NCBI GenBank assembly: GCA_026387435.1
Contig: JAPLLS010000035.1
Location: forward strand, 1,692-65,691
Length of the DNA: 64,000 nt
Reading direction: 5' to 3'
Origin: Candidatus Omnitrophota bacterium
Lineage (GTDB): Bacteria > Omnitrophota > Gorgyraeia > Gygaellales > Profunditerraquicolaceae
Part shown: positions 55,383 through 64,000 of the stretch, piece by piece
Layout: every line of letters begins with the position of its first letter
Position numbering within the stretch: the first letter of the stretch is position 1
Notes under the pieces: generated by a model
Databases searched by the model: none
What the model saw: the letters and a program-made list of their open reading frames with translations, nothing else
What the model was told of the DNA's origin: nothing
Translations under genes and position numbers: made by a program

Positions 55383-56945
55383 TTATTTCGCGTACTCGAT
55401 CGCCCTGGTTTCCCGGATGACCGTTACCTTGATCTGCCCGGGGTATTCCATGCCTTCTTCGATTTTCTTTCTAATATCCCGCGCCAGAGTGGTGGCGTCG
55501 CCATCATTAATTTTCTCCGGCTGAACGATTACCCGGATCTCTCTTCCGGCCTGAATGGCATAAGATTTATCCACGCCCTTAAAAAGATTGGCGATGGACT
55601 CCAACTTCTCCAGCCTCTTGATATACGTTTCCAGAGTTTCTCTTCTGGCTCCCGGACGGGCGGCGCTGATGGCATCCGCCGCTACTGTAAGCACGGCATA
55701 GAAAGTCTTGGCCTCGATTTCTTCATGATGAGCTTCAATAGCGTGGATGACTTCCTGCGACTCGTTGAACTTCTTGGCGGTATCCGCTCCGATCTTGGCG
55801 TGCGTTCCCTCGATCTGATGGTCCAGGGCTTTGCCGATATCATGCAAGAGGCCTACCCGCTTGGCAAGCTTAAAATCCAAACCCAGTTCCGAAGCCATGA
55901 CCCCTACCAGATACGATACTTCTTTGGAGTGCTGCAGCGCATTCTGACCGAAGCTGGTGCGGTATTTCAAACGCCCCAAAAGCCTGACCAATTCCGGGTG
56001 AAGGTTGTCAACCCCGGCATCAAAAGCCGCGCGCTCGCCCTCTTCTTTGATCTTCTCATCCATATCTTTCTTGGTCTTCTCCACGACTTCCTCGATCCGG
56101 CCGGGATGGATCCTCCCGTCGGAAATAAGTTTTTCCAGGCTTAAACGGGCGATCTCCCTGCGCACAGGGTCAAAGCAAGAAAGGGTCACCGCTTCCGGAG
56201 TGTCATCGATGATGACATCCACTCCTGTAGCCATTTCCAGGGCCCGGATGTTCCGGCCTTCTCTTCCGATAACCCTGCCCTTCATTTCATCGCTGGGCAG
56301 ATTGACGACACTTACCGTGGATTCCACGGTGTGCTCTACCGAGCAGCGCTGAATGGCCAGGCTTATAACTTCCGCGGCTTTCTTCTCCGCGGAATTACGC
56401 AGATCTTCTTCCTGCCTTTTGATCAAAACTGCTTTCTCGGAATTTAATTCCTCGTTCAAACGGCTTAAAAGTATCTGGCGCGCTTCTTCCAGGGACAGAT
56501 TGGCTATTTTTTGCAGCCTTTCCTTTTCCTCGGCGATCAAAGACTGAAGCTGGGCTTCTTTTCCCTTAAGCGCTTCTTCCTGTTTCTTCAGGGATTCCAG
56601 CTTGGTCTCGGTATCCTTTTCTTTCTTCTCCAGAAGATCAAGCCTGCGGTCGATGTTTTCTTCTTTCTGGGAGAGCCTTTTTTCCAGATTAGAGATCTCC
56701 TGCCGGCGGTCTTTGGTCTGCTGCTCAAAATCCTGGCGCAACTTGTATAAAAGATCTTTGCCTTCCAGCTCCGCGCTGCGCTTGCGGTCTTCAGCTTCTT
56801 TCTTGGCTTGGTCAACGATGAACTTGGCCTTGGTTTCAGCATCCTGGGTCTTTTTCTCGGCATGGTATCTTCGCACGAAATAACCCAGATATAAAGAAAC
56901 TGCGGCCACTGCGATAAGAATTAACAGGTTTACAAGATTTATCAT
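55383..56945 (-). CDS. rny: Ribonuclease Y
   Basis: 520 aa; N-terminal TM, coiled coil, KH domain and HD domain (…LHDIGKALDHQIEGTHAKIGAD…). Confidence 0.9.
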   Translation of the reverse strand: MINLVNLLILIAVAAVSLYLGYFVRRYHAEKKTQDAETKAKFIVDQAKKEAEDRKRSAELEGKDLLYKLRQDFEQQTKDRRQEISNLEKRLSQKEENIDRRLDLLEKKEKDTETKLESLKKQEEALKGKEAQLQSLIAEEKERLQKIANLSLEEARQILLSRLNEELNSEKAVLIKRQEEDLRNSAEKKAAEVISLAIQRCSVEHTVESTVSVVNLPSDEMKGRVIGREGRNIRALEMATGVDVIIDDTPEAVTLSCFDPVRREIARLSLEKLISDGRIHPGRIEEVVEKTKKDMDEKIKEEGERAAFDAGVDNLHPELVRLLGRLKYRTSFGQNALQHSKEVSYLVGVMASELGLDFKLAKRVGLLHDIGKALDHQIEGTHAKIGADTAKKFNESQEVIHAIEAHHEEIEAKTFYAVLTVAADAISAARPGARRETLETYIKRLEKLESIANLFKGVDKSYAIQAGREIRVIVQPEKINDGDATTLARDIRKKIEEGMEYPGQIKVTVIRETRAIEYAK

Positions 56946-57036
56946 TATTGCTCAACCTCCTCTTTGGATGTTTGGACACAATAATACTGTGCCGGTAAGC
57001 ATCATTGCTGTAGTGGTTATTGTAATTGTTTAAGAA

Positions 57037-57591
57037 TTAAGCAAAGATAACTTTGTCGACGTTTACGTCGTATTCGGTGGTGGGGATAAAAGGTAAGATC
57101 TGAAAGTCGTAGGCCAGGCCGATAGAGACAGAGTGCTTGGTAAGTCTGGATAAAAAACGGTCATAGTAACCCTTGCCTCTTCCCAGCCGCCGGCCCTTCT
57201 TGTCAAAGGCCAGGCCGGGAACAACCACAAGCTCCAGGCTTTTTAAATTGACCGGTTTTTTTAGCGCCGGCTCCCGTATACCATAAGGGCCCCGCAAAAG
57301 CGTTCCCCTGTCTTTTAGCACGCATGGGCTCATTAACCCATTTTTGCCACATACTGGAACAACGACTGTTTTACCTATTTTTTGAGCAGCTTTTATCATA
57401 CCCACGGTATCGACTTCTCCACCAAATGACATATAAAACATCACAGTCTTTGCTTTCTTAAAAACGCGGTTTCGGAAAAGCTTAATCTTGACTTGAAAGC
57501 TTTTCTTATTCCGATTTTCCTCCTTCTGTGTTTTTAGCCTCATTAAAATTGTATTACGAATCTTTTGCTTTGTCAACTTCATGTCCACCAC
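57037..57591 (-). CDS. 5-formyltetrahydrofolate cyclo-ligase
   Basis: 184 aa; …VVVPVC…GLAFDKKGRRLGRGKGYYDRFL. Confidence 0.75.
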   Translation of the reverse strand: MVDMKLTKQKIRNTILMRLKTQKEENRNKKSFQVKIKLFRNRVFKKAKTVMFYMSFGGEVDTVGMIKAAQKIGKTVVVPVCGKNGLMSPCVLKDRGTLLRGPYGIREPALKKPVNLKSLELVVVPGLAFDKKGRRLGRGKGYYDRFLSRLTKHSVSIGLAYDFQILPFIPTTEYDVNVDKVIFA

Positions 57592-57613
57592 CGATTACTT
57601 TTGACCTTAAGAC

Positions 57614-58276
57614 TTACTGCTGTTTAGCGGCCGCCAGCAATTTGTGCGGCTTAAGCACCTTCTGGAAATCGCGGGGAGGCCGGTTTTGCCGGATCTTGTC
57701 CAGCTGACCAAGCTTCTCCAGTTCGCGGTAGATCAAAACCCAGGCGCAATCCCGCTCTTTATCCAGCTCGCATTTACCTTTATCCATCCCCCCGCACGGG
57801 CCGTTCAAAAGCCCTTTGGGGCACAAGGTAACCGGGCAGATCCCGGCAGTAGAATCCAGGACGCAGTTGCAGCAAAGGGAACATTTCTCGAAAAAATTGC
57901 CCTGGCTATCCATGACCGCGCCGAAAACCGTGTTATTCGCCGGGATGACCTTTAATCCGAACCGGTCGTTATCCTTGACCGATTGACAGGCCAAGCCGCA
58001 GGCCAAAACTAAAATTGCCTGAGCTTCCCGGATATTTTTAAGGTTCTTGGCGGTTTCCGCTTTAAGCTTGGCGGCAATGCAGCAGGACTCCGGAATACAC
58101 ATTCCCAAAACCGTTTTTCCGGCGGCTTCTAGCTTTTCTTTCATCGCCTTAAGTTCTTCTTCGCCACCCGACTTACAAAGGGTAGCGCAATCCCCGCAGC
58201 CGAAGAGAAATATTTTCTGGTAATTTTTTAAGCTATCTATAACTTCCTGAAAGGGTTTTGCCTCAGAAATAATCAT
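57614..58276 (-). CDS. Methylenetetrahydrofolate reductase C-terminal-domain-like (MetV-like) Cys-rich protein
   Basis: 220 aa; CPK…LNGPCGG signature plus additional Cys pairs. Confidence 0.5.
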   Translation of the reverse strand: MIISEAKPFQEVIDSLKNYQKIFLFGCGDCATLCKSGGEEELKAMKEKLEAAGKTVLGMCIPESCCIAAKLKAETAKNLKNIREAQAILVLACGLACQSVKDNDRFGLKVIPANNTVFGAVMDSQGNFFEKCSLCCNCVLDSTAGICPVTLCPKGLLNGPCGGMDKGKCELDKERDCAWVLIYRELEKLGQLDKIRQNRPPRDFQKVLKPHKLLAAAKQQ

Positions 58277-58540
58277 TCGTTTTCTCCGTTAAATATTTTA
58301 ACTCTATATTATTCTATCACGGTTTGGTCGAAGCCTCAAGTAAAAATAAATGAGGCCATAACTTAAATTCGCGCATAAGTTGTGGAGCCGGCAATCAAAT
58401 ACTCTAAGCGACATCAACTTATAAGCGCGAATTTACTCCGAGCGTGTAAGCAAATTCCCAGAGGAATTTGCGAACGTTACGCGAGGAGGAGATACTCAAA
58501 ATCTGCGAGTGTTAGCCGAGGGCGGAGGTAAAAATAAAAG

Positions 58541-58568
58541 GGGGGCGCTTCATAGAAACGCCCCCTAA
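58541..58568 (-). terminator. Rho-independent terminator for a minus-strand transcript inside the 500-bp structured intergenic region
   Basis: GGGGGCG-CTTCATAGAAA-CGCCCCC with TTTTATTTTT following on the minus strand. Confidence 0.45.
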
Positions 58569-58787
58569 TATATCCCCGCCTGTGCCGTTGATACCTGAAA
58601 CGCTGAACCTTTCGGTTTCAGGTGGGTGCCTTGTCCGGATACCAAGGTATCCTGGAAGTCAGGCTCCCATAATTATACTGTTGGTTCAACAATTCTCAGG
58701 CAATAGCCAACGAACACTGCAGGGATTTATCTTTCGCAATTAAAGTATAACACAAAAAGCCGGTACGTCAATATCACCGTAATACCT

Positions 58788-59660
58788 TTATCCGATTCTC
58801 TTTTGAGTTTCTTTTTCTTTCAGGTAATTATGCCGGGACACTATCGGCCGTTTCAACCGTCTTTCCAGTTCCTTTCGAGCATTCCCGGCAATACGCCCGC
58901 CTGCGCGCGCATCCGTTTTAAGCTTCTTTACTCCTTTAGAATCTTCATTACGATGAATCTCGGTACTAGACCGTTCTCCGAGCATGGTAAATATCAATTC
59001 AAGGTCATCCATATGATCACGTAAATTTTCCCGTTTTAGCCCTTTTATTTCTTTGTATTCGGAAGGCGTAACGCCAAATGTTGCTCTTGATATTTCCGAG
59101 GTCAAAATTTCATAATCTTTTTCTTCTTGGGCCCCGCGTTTCTGCCATTCATCGGTCAACTCTTCCCTAATGGCGATACCGCGCATCCGTTTCTCGATCC
59201 AGTCATCGCTGTAACCTTTAAGTTTATATAACATTCTTGTTCTTTTTGTAGCAAGCTCCGGGTTCTCGATTTCCTGGACTCGCTCATAACCAACTTTTGC
59301 CAACCAGCGCTTGAACGGTTCGGCTTTAGGTGAGGAGATAGATTGAATGATACGAAACATGGTCTCCGTATCAGCACAATCCGTCATATACAATTTACCG
59401 TCAGACGAAGGAAGCTTCAGTTGTACGATTTTTTCGTACAACTCAGAATAACCCTCATCAGTAAGCTTTTTCTTAAGATCACTCCAATACCTACGCGGGA
59501 TACTGCTACCCGAAAGAATTTCTACGACATCAACGACTGAAAAATACCACTCGTTTTGATTCAAAATCTTCCTTACTCTCCGGCCTTTAAATATCGCGAT
59601 CTTTGTCTCCGGCTGCATACAATACTCCTCTCGCTGCTGTGTTTTCTTTCCCATAAACAA
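58788..59660 (-). CDS. Bro-N domain protein (DinD / phage antirepressor-like)
   Basis: N-terminal …KIAIFKGRRVRKILNQNEWYFSVVDVVEIL… matches the Bro-N pattern. The C-terminal half resembles DNA-damage-inducible protein D-like proteins. The start may be the internal MQPETK. Confidence 0.5.
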   Translation of the reverse strand: MFMGKKTQQREEYCMQPETKIAIFKGRRVRKILNQNEWYFSVVDVVEILSGSSIPRRYWSDLKKKLTDEGYSELYEKIVQLKLPSSDGKLYMTDCADTETMFRIIQSISSPKAEPFKRWLAKVGYERVQEIENPELATKRTRMLYKLKGYSDDWIEKRMRGIAIREELTDEWQKRGAQEEKDYEILTSEISRATFGVTPSEYKEIKGLKRENLRDHMDDLELIFTMLGERSSTEIHRNEDSKGVKKLKTDARAGGRIAGNARKELERRLKRPIVSRHNYLKEKETQKRIG

Positions 59661-59778
59661 AAAACCTCCGCCCGTTTCCGAACGAAGGTTTTCGTTATTT
59701 TTAAGTGGCAGTTCCCCCTTCTAACGATACCACTGATTGTTCCTCTCTACTGATTATCTTTTACCACAATTTCTTGCT

Positions 59779-61827
59779 TTAGTCAACCGTTTTAATCTGA
59801 AATTTTTCCTGGAGGGCTTTTACTATCCGCTCGTGGGCCGGGGCGACTTCGTCTTCGGTAAGAGTCCGGGAATCCGAACAATATTTGCAGGAAATAGTAA
59901 TCCTTTTGAATCCAACGGGAACATTTTCGCCTTCATAGCTGTCTTTGAATCCCGCTTCAGCCAACAGGCTTTCTTCCAAGCCATAAATAGCTTGGGTTAT
60001 ATCGTCAAGAGAAATTTCGCTTTTAATCGGCAGGGTTATGTCCCGGGTAATTCCCGGATAGCGCGGCACCAGCGATAACTGGAATTTTTTCCCGAGATTG
60101 ACTTTCGGCAGGATCTTTTCCTCCAGATCCAGTTCGGCGACAAACACGTCTTTATGCTTAATGTCCAATGCCTCCAGGATCTTCCCGGGCAACTTTCGAA
60201 ATATGCCGACTCTTTCTTTATCTAAAATAACCTCTACCTGCTCATTGTCGATAAAACGGTAGTTGCTTTTTTTGATATCCAGCCCCAGACGGATAAAAAG
60301 TGTTTCGATTATTCCTTTTAAATGCAAAAATCCGGGCTCATCCGCGACATGGCCAATTTTCGGGCCGAACCACCGGGAATTAGTACCGCACAACGCCAGA
60401 GCCAGAGAATATTTTTCTTTGATTTTCCCCGAAGCCAGTTGATAAGTTTTGGCGATCTCAAAAATGCTGGTGCAGGGGTTCTGTTGACGCAGGTTGTAAG
60501 CGACTCGCGAAGCCAGGCTGAATGATAGCATCGGCCTCATCAATTCCTGCTCCAGGCTCAAGGGGTTGGAAACTTCGATTAAAGCCTCTTGACGATCCCA
60601 GAACCCTTCCAGGCTTTTGCGCTCGATAAGACTATGGGTAATCACCTCGTTCAACCCCAGGCCGACAAGTATATCTTTGATCAAGCCCAGATGATCCCGG
60701 GATTTTTCTTTCTGACTGTTCAAGACCACGGAAGCCAGCGTCGAGGGGATATTTTCAAAGCCGTAAATCCTGGCCAGCTCTTCCACCAGATCTATTTCCG
60801 CCTTAACATCCAGGCGCCAGGACGGCACGTCAAGGATAAGCATAGTTTTGGTCTTGGCTTGAATTTTGAAGCCCAGGCTGGTTAAAATATCTTTTACTCG
60901 GGCTACAGGAATATCTATGCCCAGGTATTTTTTAACGCTCCCCAAGGAAAAATCGACCTTGAGAGTTTTCTCCGGGAAGCTTCCGGAAATTTCCGCGCAA
61001 ACCTCTTGTCCGCCGCAACACTCGGCGATCAATTGGCTGGCCCTTAAAGACGCCGCTTCCACGGCTTGCGGGTCGATCCCCCGCTCAAATCTATAGGAAG
61101 CGTCGCTGTTCATCCCTAATTTCTGCCGGCCTCTGCGGACTATTACCGGATTGAATATCGCGGCCTCTAAAAGGACGCTCTTGGTAGCTTCCGTTACTTC
61201 CGTATCTTTTCCGCCCATTACTCCGGCAATGGCCACGGGCTTATCTTTATCGGCGATCACCAGTATATCCGGGCTGAGTTTGCGAACTTGCGCGTCTATG
61301 CTAACCAGGCTTTCGTTATCCTTCGCCCGGCGGACAATGATTTTTCCGCCGTTTAATTTATCCAGATCAAAAGCGTGCAGCGGCTCGCCCACCTCGAATA
61401 AAACATAATTGGTGATATCCACCACGTTGTTTACGCTGCGTAGTCCGATCAGCTCCAGCCGCTCCTTGAGCCATTTCGGAGAAGAACCGACTTTTACGTT
61501 ACGAATTACCCTGGCAGTATAAACCGAGCAGTCTTTCTTGTCCTCTATCTGAATACCAAATTTATCTTTTCCCTGTGACTTTGTGACCTTGTGACTTTGT
61601 GACCTTTTAAGCTCCCTGCCCGTAAGCGCCGCGGCTTCTCTGGCCACTCCGACAACGCTTAACCAGTCCGGCCGGTTGGAAGTGATCTCGATCTCCAAGA
61701 CGAAATCACCGGCTTTTTCCTCAATGGACTTGACTTCCAGCCCAGCCATGGTCAATTTCTCAGCCAGCGCTGCAGCTGGAATTTTTATATCCGCGAAGTC
61801 TTTTAACCAGTTATAGGTAACTTTCAT
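59779..61827 (-). CDS. pheT: Phenylalanine--tRNA ligase beta subunit (short form)
   Basis: 682 aa; MKVTYNWLKDFADIKIPAAALAEKLTMAGLEVKSIEE…NRPDWLSVVGVAREAAALTG. Confidence 0.85.
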   Translation of the reverse strand: MKVTYNWLKDFADIKIPAAALAEKLTMAGLEVKSIEEKAGDFVLEIEITSNRPDWLSVVGVAREAAALTGRELKRSQSHKVTKSQGKDKFGIQIEDKKDCSVYTARVIRNVKVGSSPKWLKERLELIGLRSVNNVVDITNYVLFEVGEPLHAFDLDKLNGGKIIVRRAKDNESLVSIDAQVRKLSPDILVIADKDKPVAIAGVMGGKDTEVTEATKSVLLEAAIFNPVIVRRGRQKLGMNSDASYRFERGIDPQAVEAASLRASQLIAECCGGQEVCAEISGSFPEKTLKVDFSLGSVKKYLGIDIPVARVKDILTSLGFKIQAKTKTMLILDVPSWRLDVKAEIDLVEELARIYGFENIPSTLASVVLNSQKEKSRDHLGLIKDILVGLGLNEVITHSLIERKSLEGFWDRQEALIEVSNPLSLEQELMRPMLSFSLASRVAYNLRQQNPCTSIFEIAKTYQLASGKIKEKYSLALALCGTNSRWFGPKIGHVADEPGFLHLKGIIETLFIRLGLDIKKSNYRFIDNEQVEVILDKERVGIFRKLPGKILEALDIKHKDVFVAELDLEEKILPKVNLGKKFQLSLVPRYPGITRDITLPIKSEISLDDITQAIYGLEESLLAEAGFKDSYEGENVPVGFKRITISCKYCSDSRTLTEDEVAPAHERIVKALQEKFQIKTVD
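61575..61606. repeat. Tandem repeat (GTGACTTTGTGACCTT)x2, containing four GTCACA units at 8-bp period, inside pheT
   Basis: Read directly from the sequence. It encodes SHKVTKSQ-type peptide repeats. Confidence 0.6.
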
Positions 61828-61830
61828 TTT

Positions 61831-62831
61831 TTAGAATTGATTTAGGAAACGCAGATCGTTCTCAAAAAACAGCCGGATGTCATTTATCCCGTATTTAAGC
61901 ATGGCGATCCGCTCCACCCCCATGCCGAAAGCGAAGCCGGTGTATTTCTTGGGGTCATACCCCACATTTTTAAAAACATTGGGATGGATCATCCCCGAGC
62001 CGAGGACCTCCAGCCAGCCCTTTCGGCCGCAGACCGAACAGCCTTTGCCCTTGCAAATGATGCAGGAAATATCCACTTCCGCGGAAGGTTCGGTAAAAGG
62101 GAAAAAATGCGGCCGGAAACGCATCTTGATATCCTGGCCGAAAATCCCTTTGGCGAAAAACTCCAGAACTCCCTTAAGATCCCCCAGGGTAATGTTCTCG
62201 CCGACCATGAACCCTTCGATCTGGTGAAACATGAAAGAATGCGATGCGTCCACCGCATCCGGCCGGTACACTCTACCGGGAACCACAATCGCAAGCGGAG
62301 GCTTGCGCGATTTCATCGCCCGTATCTGCACCGGCGAAGTGTGGCTGCGCAAAAGCAGCTTGGAGTAATCCTTTAAATAGAAGGTGTCAAAGGCATCGCG
62401 GGAAGGATGATCTAAGGGGATATTTAACCCGGTGAAATTATTAAACTCTGTCTCAATCTCCGGGCCCTCAACGATAGAAAAACCCATTTGGGTGAATATG
62501 ACACAGATCTCATCGATTACCTGTTGCGGCCGAGCTCCTGGCAAACCCCCGGCAAACTTATATCTATGCGCGGAGTTTTTTCTTGCGGACCGGCGGTCTT
62601 AAGCTGTGATTCTTTATCGTTAAAAAGCCCGGTCAGCCGGTTCTTAAGTTCATTGACCTGCTTGCCGAAAGCCCCCCGCTCAACAACCGGAAGTGTAGGG
62701 ATCGAACCGGTAAGCCCGGCCAGAATACCTTTTCTTCCCAGGTATTTTACCTTTAGTTCCTCTAATGCCAAGGCAGATTCGCAGTCTTTTATTTCCGCTT
62801 CCGCGGCTTGATTAATACTGTTGATATCCAT
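61831..62831 (-). pseudogene. pheS: Phenylalanine--tRNA ligase alpha subunit split by a frameshift (N-terminal part 62517..62831, catalytic part 61831..62544). An apparent 11-nt near-duplicate insertion is responsible. This is an authentic frameshift/pseudogene or an assembly error.
   Basis: ORF1 ends …[21 protein letters not shown]2 begins (TTG) [22 protein letters not shown]… and continues through class II motifs (…[16 protein letters not shown]…[14 protein letters not shown]). Removing GGGGGTTTGCC restores a continuous …[16 protein letters not shown]… frame. Confidence 0.6.
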
Positions 62832-63328
62832 AAGATTATTAATATTGTCCCCAGGCCAAAAGCGAGCTTCTGCCTATGGCTGCTTAAATGTTGTTTAACC
62901 CTGTTCCCGCTTTTTAGTACCTGCAGGCTTTCCGCGTGGATATCCAGATCGCCGCCGTGGACTAAGCAGGAGCGGTGGAATGCGCCGCTAACCTCAACTA
63001 AATCTCCGATAACCTTGTATGATCCGGTATTGGCGATCTTGCCAACCAGATCTTTCTTGATCCAGATCCCCAGCGCGTTTTTTCCGTCGTTAAGATTGAC
63101 CCAGGCGTATTCCCCCCTGGCCATGACCTCCCCGATAACCTCGCCCTGAAAGACCACGGTTTGGCCGTCGTAATCCTTGGCTTTGTTGATCAATTCCGTG
63201 CTGGAAATTGTCTGGGCAAAACTTTTCCCCAGGGCCAGAAAAACAACACCCAAAAGTATTGCGCCCTGAATCGAGCGTATTGCGTTTCGAAGAATCACGT
63301 GTGACGTGTGACATGTGACGTGTGACAT
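62789..63328 (-). CDS. Secreted hypothetical protein with a C-terminal TM. The start is probably the GTG at 63298, giving the signal peptide (M)ILRNAIRSIQGAILLGVVFLALGKSFA|Q.
   Basis: ORF-track ATG at 63328 lies inside the GTCACA tandem repeat; signal-peptide logic favours the downstream GTG. Confidence 0.4.
   Translation of the reverse strand: MSHVTCHTSHVILRNAIRSIQGAILLGVVFLALGKSFAQTISSTELINKAKDYDGQTVVFQGEVIGEVMARGEYAWVNLNDGKNALGIWIKKDLVGKIANTGSYKVIGDLVEVSGAFHRSCLVHGGDLDIHAESLQVLKSGNRVKQHLSSHRQKLAFGLGTILIILWISTVLIKPRKRK
63301..63328. repeat. Tandem repeat (GTGACGTGTGACAT)x2, containing four GTCAC(A) units at 7-bp period, between the trkH stop and the next gene
   Basis: Read directly from the sequence. 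Confidence 0.6.
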
Positions 63329-63331
63329 GCT

Positions 63332-64000
63332 TTATTTCCCCTTAAAAGCAGCGTAAATAAAACCTAACAAGGTTAGCACTGACATAAACTCCAGCCTACC
63401 CGCCCACATTTGAATTATATAGGTAACTTTTATGGCTGAGGGCATTCCCACATCGGTGATCCCGCAGGACAAGCCCACATTGGCCGCGGCGGAAGTCGAT
63501 TCAAAAAGAGAATTAAGAAATGGATACCCGTAAAACATTCCCACGATCGCGCCCAGGCCGTAAAGAAGAAGGTAGCCCAGAGTTATGATCAGCGCCGGCC
63601 TGACCTGCTTATCTTCCAGGAAAACTTCTTTAATATGGTGGAATTTCTGGACCACGATCGCCCGTTCCGGCAAGATTATCTTTTTAATATCCTGGGCCAA
63701 GGCTTTAAAAATTATCCCGATACGGATCATTTTTATGGCTCCGGTCGTAGAACAAACAGCCCCTCCTAAAGCCATGGCGCAAATCACTCCTACCAGGGCG
63801 AGATCGTTCCAATCGGTAAGAAACTGGCGGGCATAAATAGTTTGAAAACCGGTACCAGTGTGGCCGGAGATCAGCTGATAAAAACCTTTGCGGAACAAGA
63901 CCATAGCCTTGGGGTAGGCTCCGGCCTCATAAAGCCCGAACGCAGTGATCAAAAAAGTCAGCAGTATGGTCGCGAAAAATGTCCGGGTCTCGATATTCTT
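63332..64000 (-). CDS. trkH: TrkH/KtrB-family K+ transporter, C-terminal part (gene continues beyond the window end)
   Basis: …SAAANVGLSCGIT… and …GRLEFMSVLTLLG… are typical of the TrkH family. Confidence 0.65.
   Translation of the reverse strand, partial: KNIETRTFFATILLTFLITAFGLYEAGAYPKAMVLFRKGFYQLISGHTGTGFQTIYARQFLTDWNDLALVGVICAMALGGAVCSTTGAIKMIRIGIIFKALAQDIKKIILPERAIVVQKFHHIKEVFLEDKQVRPALIITLGYLLLYGLGAIVGMFYGYPFLNSLFESTSAAANVGLSCGITDVGMPSAIKVTYIIQMWAGRLEFMSVLTLLGFIYAAFKGK

Noticed and set aside
1-64000. CRISPR arrays, rRNA genes, integrons
   Set aside because: No regularly spaced direct repeats of 24-40 bp, no rRNA-like conserved stretches, and no attC-like sites or integrase were seen on reading the sequence.

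Overview
This 64 kb window is from a diderm bacterium, probably uncultivated, and nearly all genes lie on the minus strand. It contains no CRISPR array, no rRNA gene and no transposase with a recognisable DDE catalytic domain.

Content in order along the window:
- **1-3906:** the partial 5' end of a giant secreted protein (more than 1300 aa). It has an N-terminal membrane anchor, a peptidase C39-like Cys/His domain and Gly/Ala/Ser/Thr-rich tandem repeats.
- **4501-18708:** an atypical Tad/Flp-like (type IVc) pilus locus. The genes are a lipoprotein parvulin-type (PpiC) foldase, CpaB, a CpaC secretin with a C-terminal TonB_C domain, a single ORF fusing a ParA/MinD-like TadZ/CpaE ATPase to a TadA/CpaF secretion ATPase, a DUF192 protein, an HTH protein, and a tandem array of 14 prepilin-like genes. 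Twelve of these are short Flp-like pilins with a (K/R)G|QSxLE(+5)Y processing motif, and two are larger minor-pilin-like proteins. TadB and TadC follow. No prepilin peptidase (TadV) or TadD is present in the window.
- **18925-28807:** a glycan-processing cluster. It encodes a GT2, two GT-C-like polytopic glycosyltransferases (one PMT/ArnT-like), a 1275-aa protein with LmbE, GH3(NagZ-like) and LmbE domains, and a Cys-rich membrane protein.
- **29091-32730:** a FIST sensor, a GAF histidine kinase and a REC-GGDEF response regulator (variant motif GGDDF).
- **Rest of the window:** housekeeping genes. These are glnS, a SAM methyltransferase, a five-subunit Ehr-like group-4-hydrogenase-related complex whose large subunit lacks the NiFe-ligating cysteines, a sigma-70 region-2-only ORF, a PabB/TrpE-like chorismate enzyme, gltX, a four-subunit 2-oxoacid:ferredoxin oxidoreductase, dxs, xseBA, ymdB, rny, 5-formyl-THF cyclo-ligase, a MetV-like MTHFR_C protein, a Bro-N/DinD-like gene, pheT, a frameshift-split pheS and a partial trkH. 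There are three tRNAs: Glu-CUC, Leu-GAG and Gln-CUG.

Other signals:
- A motif TTGAT(A)AATGTCCA(A) recurs in promoters, with clear copies upstream of the HTH gene and the giant-protein gene and a related one before the GT2 gene.
- A strong sigma70-like promoter with a terminator-like leader hairpin sits before the pilin array.
- There are perfect palindromes in two promoter regions, two tandem GTCACA arrays, and structured intergenic regions that could encode ncRNAs.

All domain and family assignments come from reading the translated ORFs for signature motifs. No database search was run.
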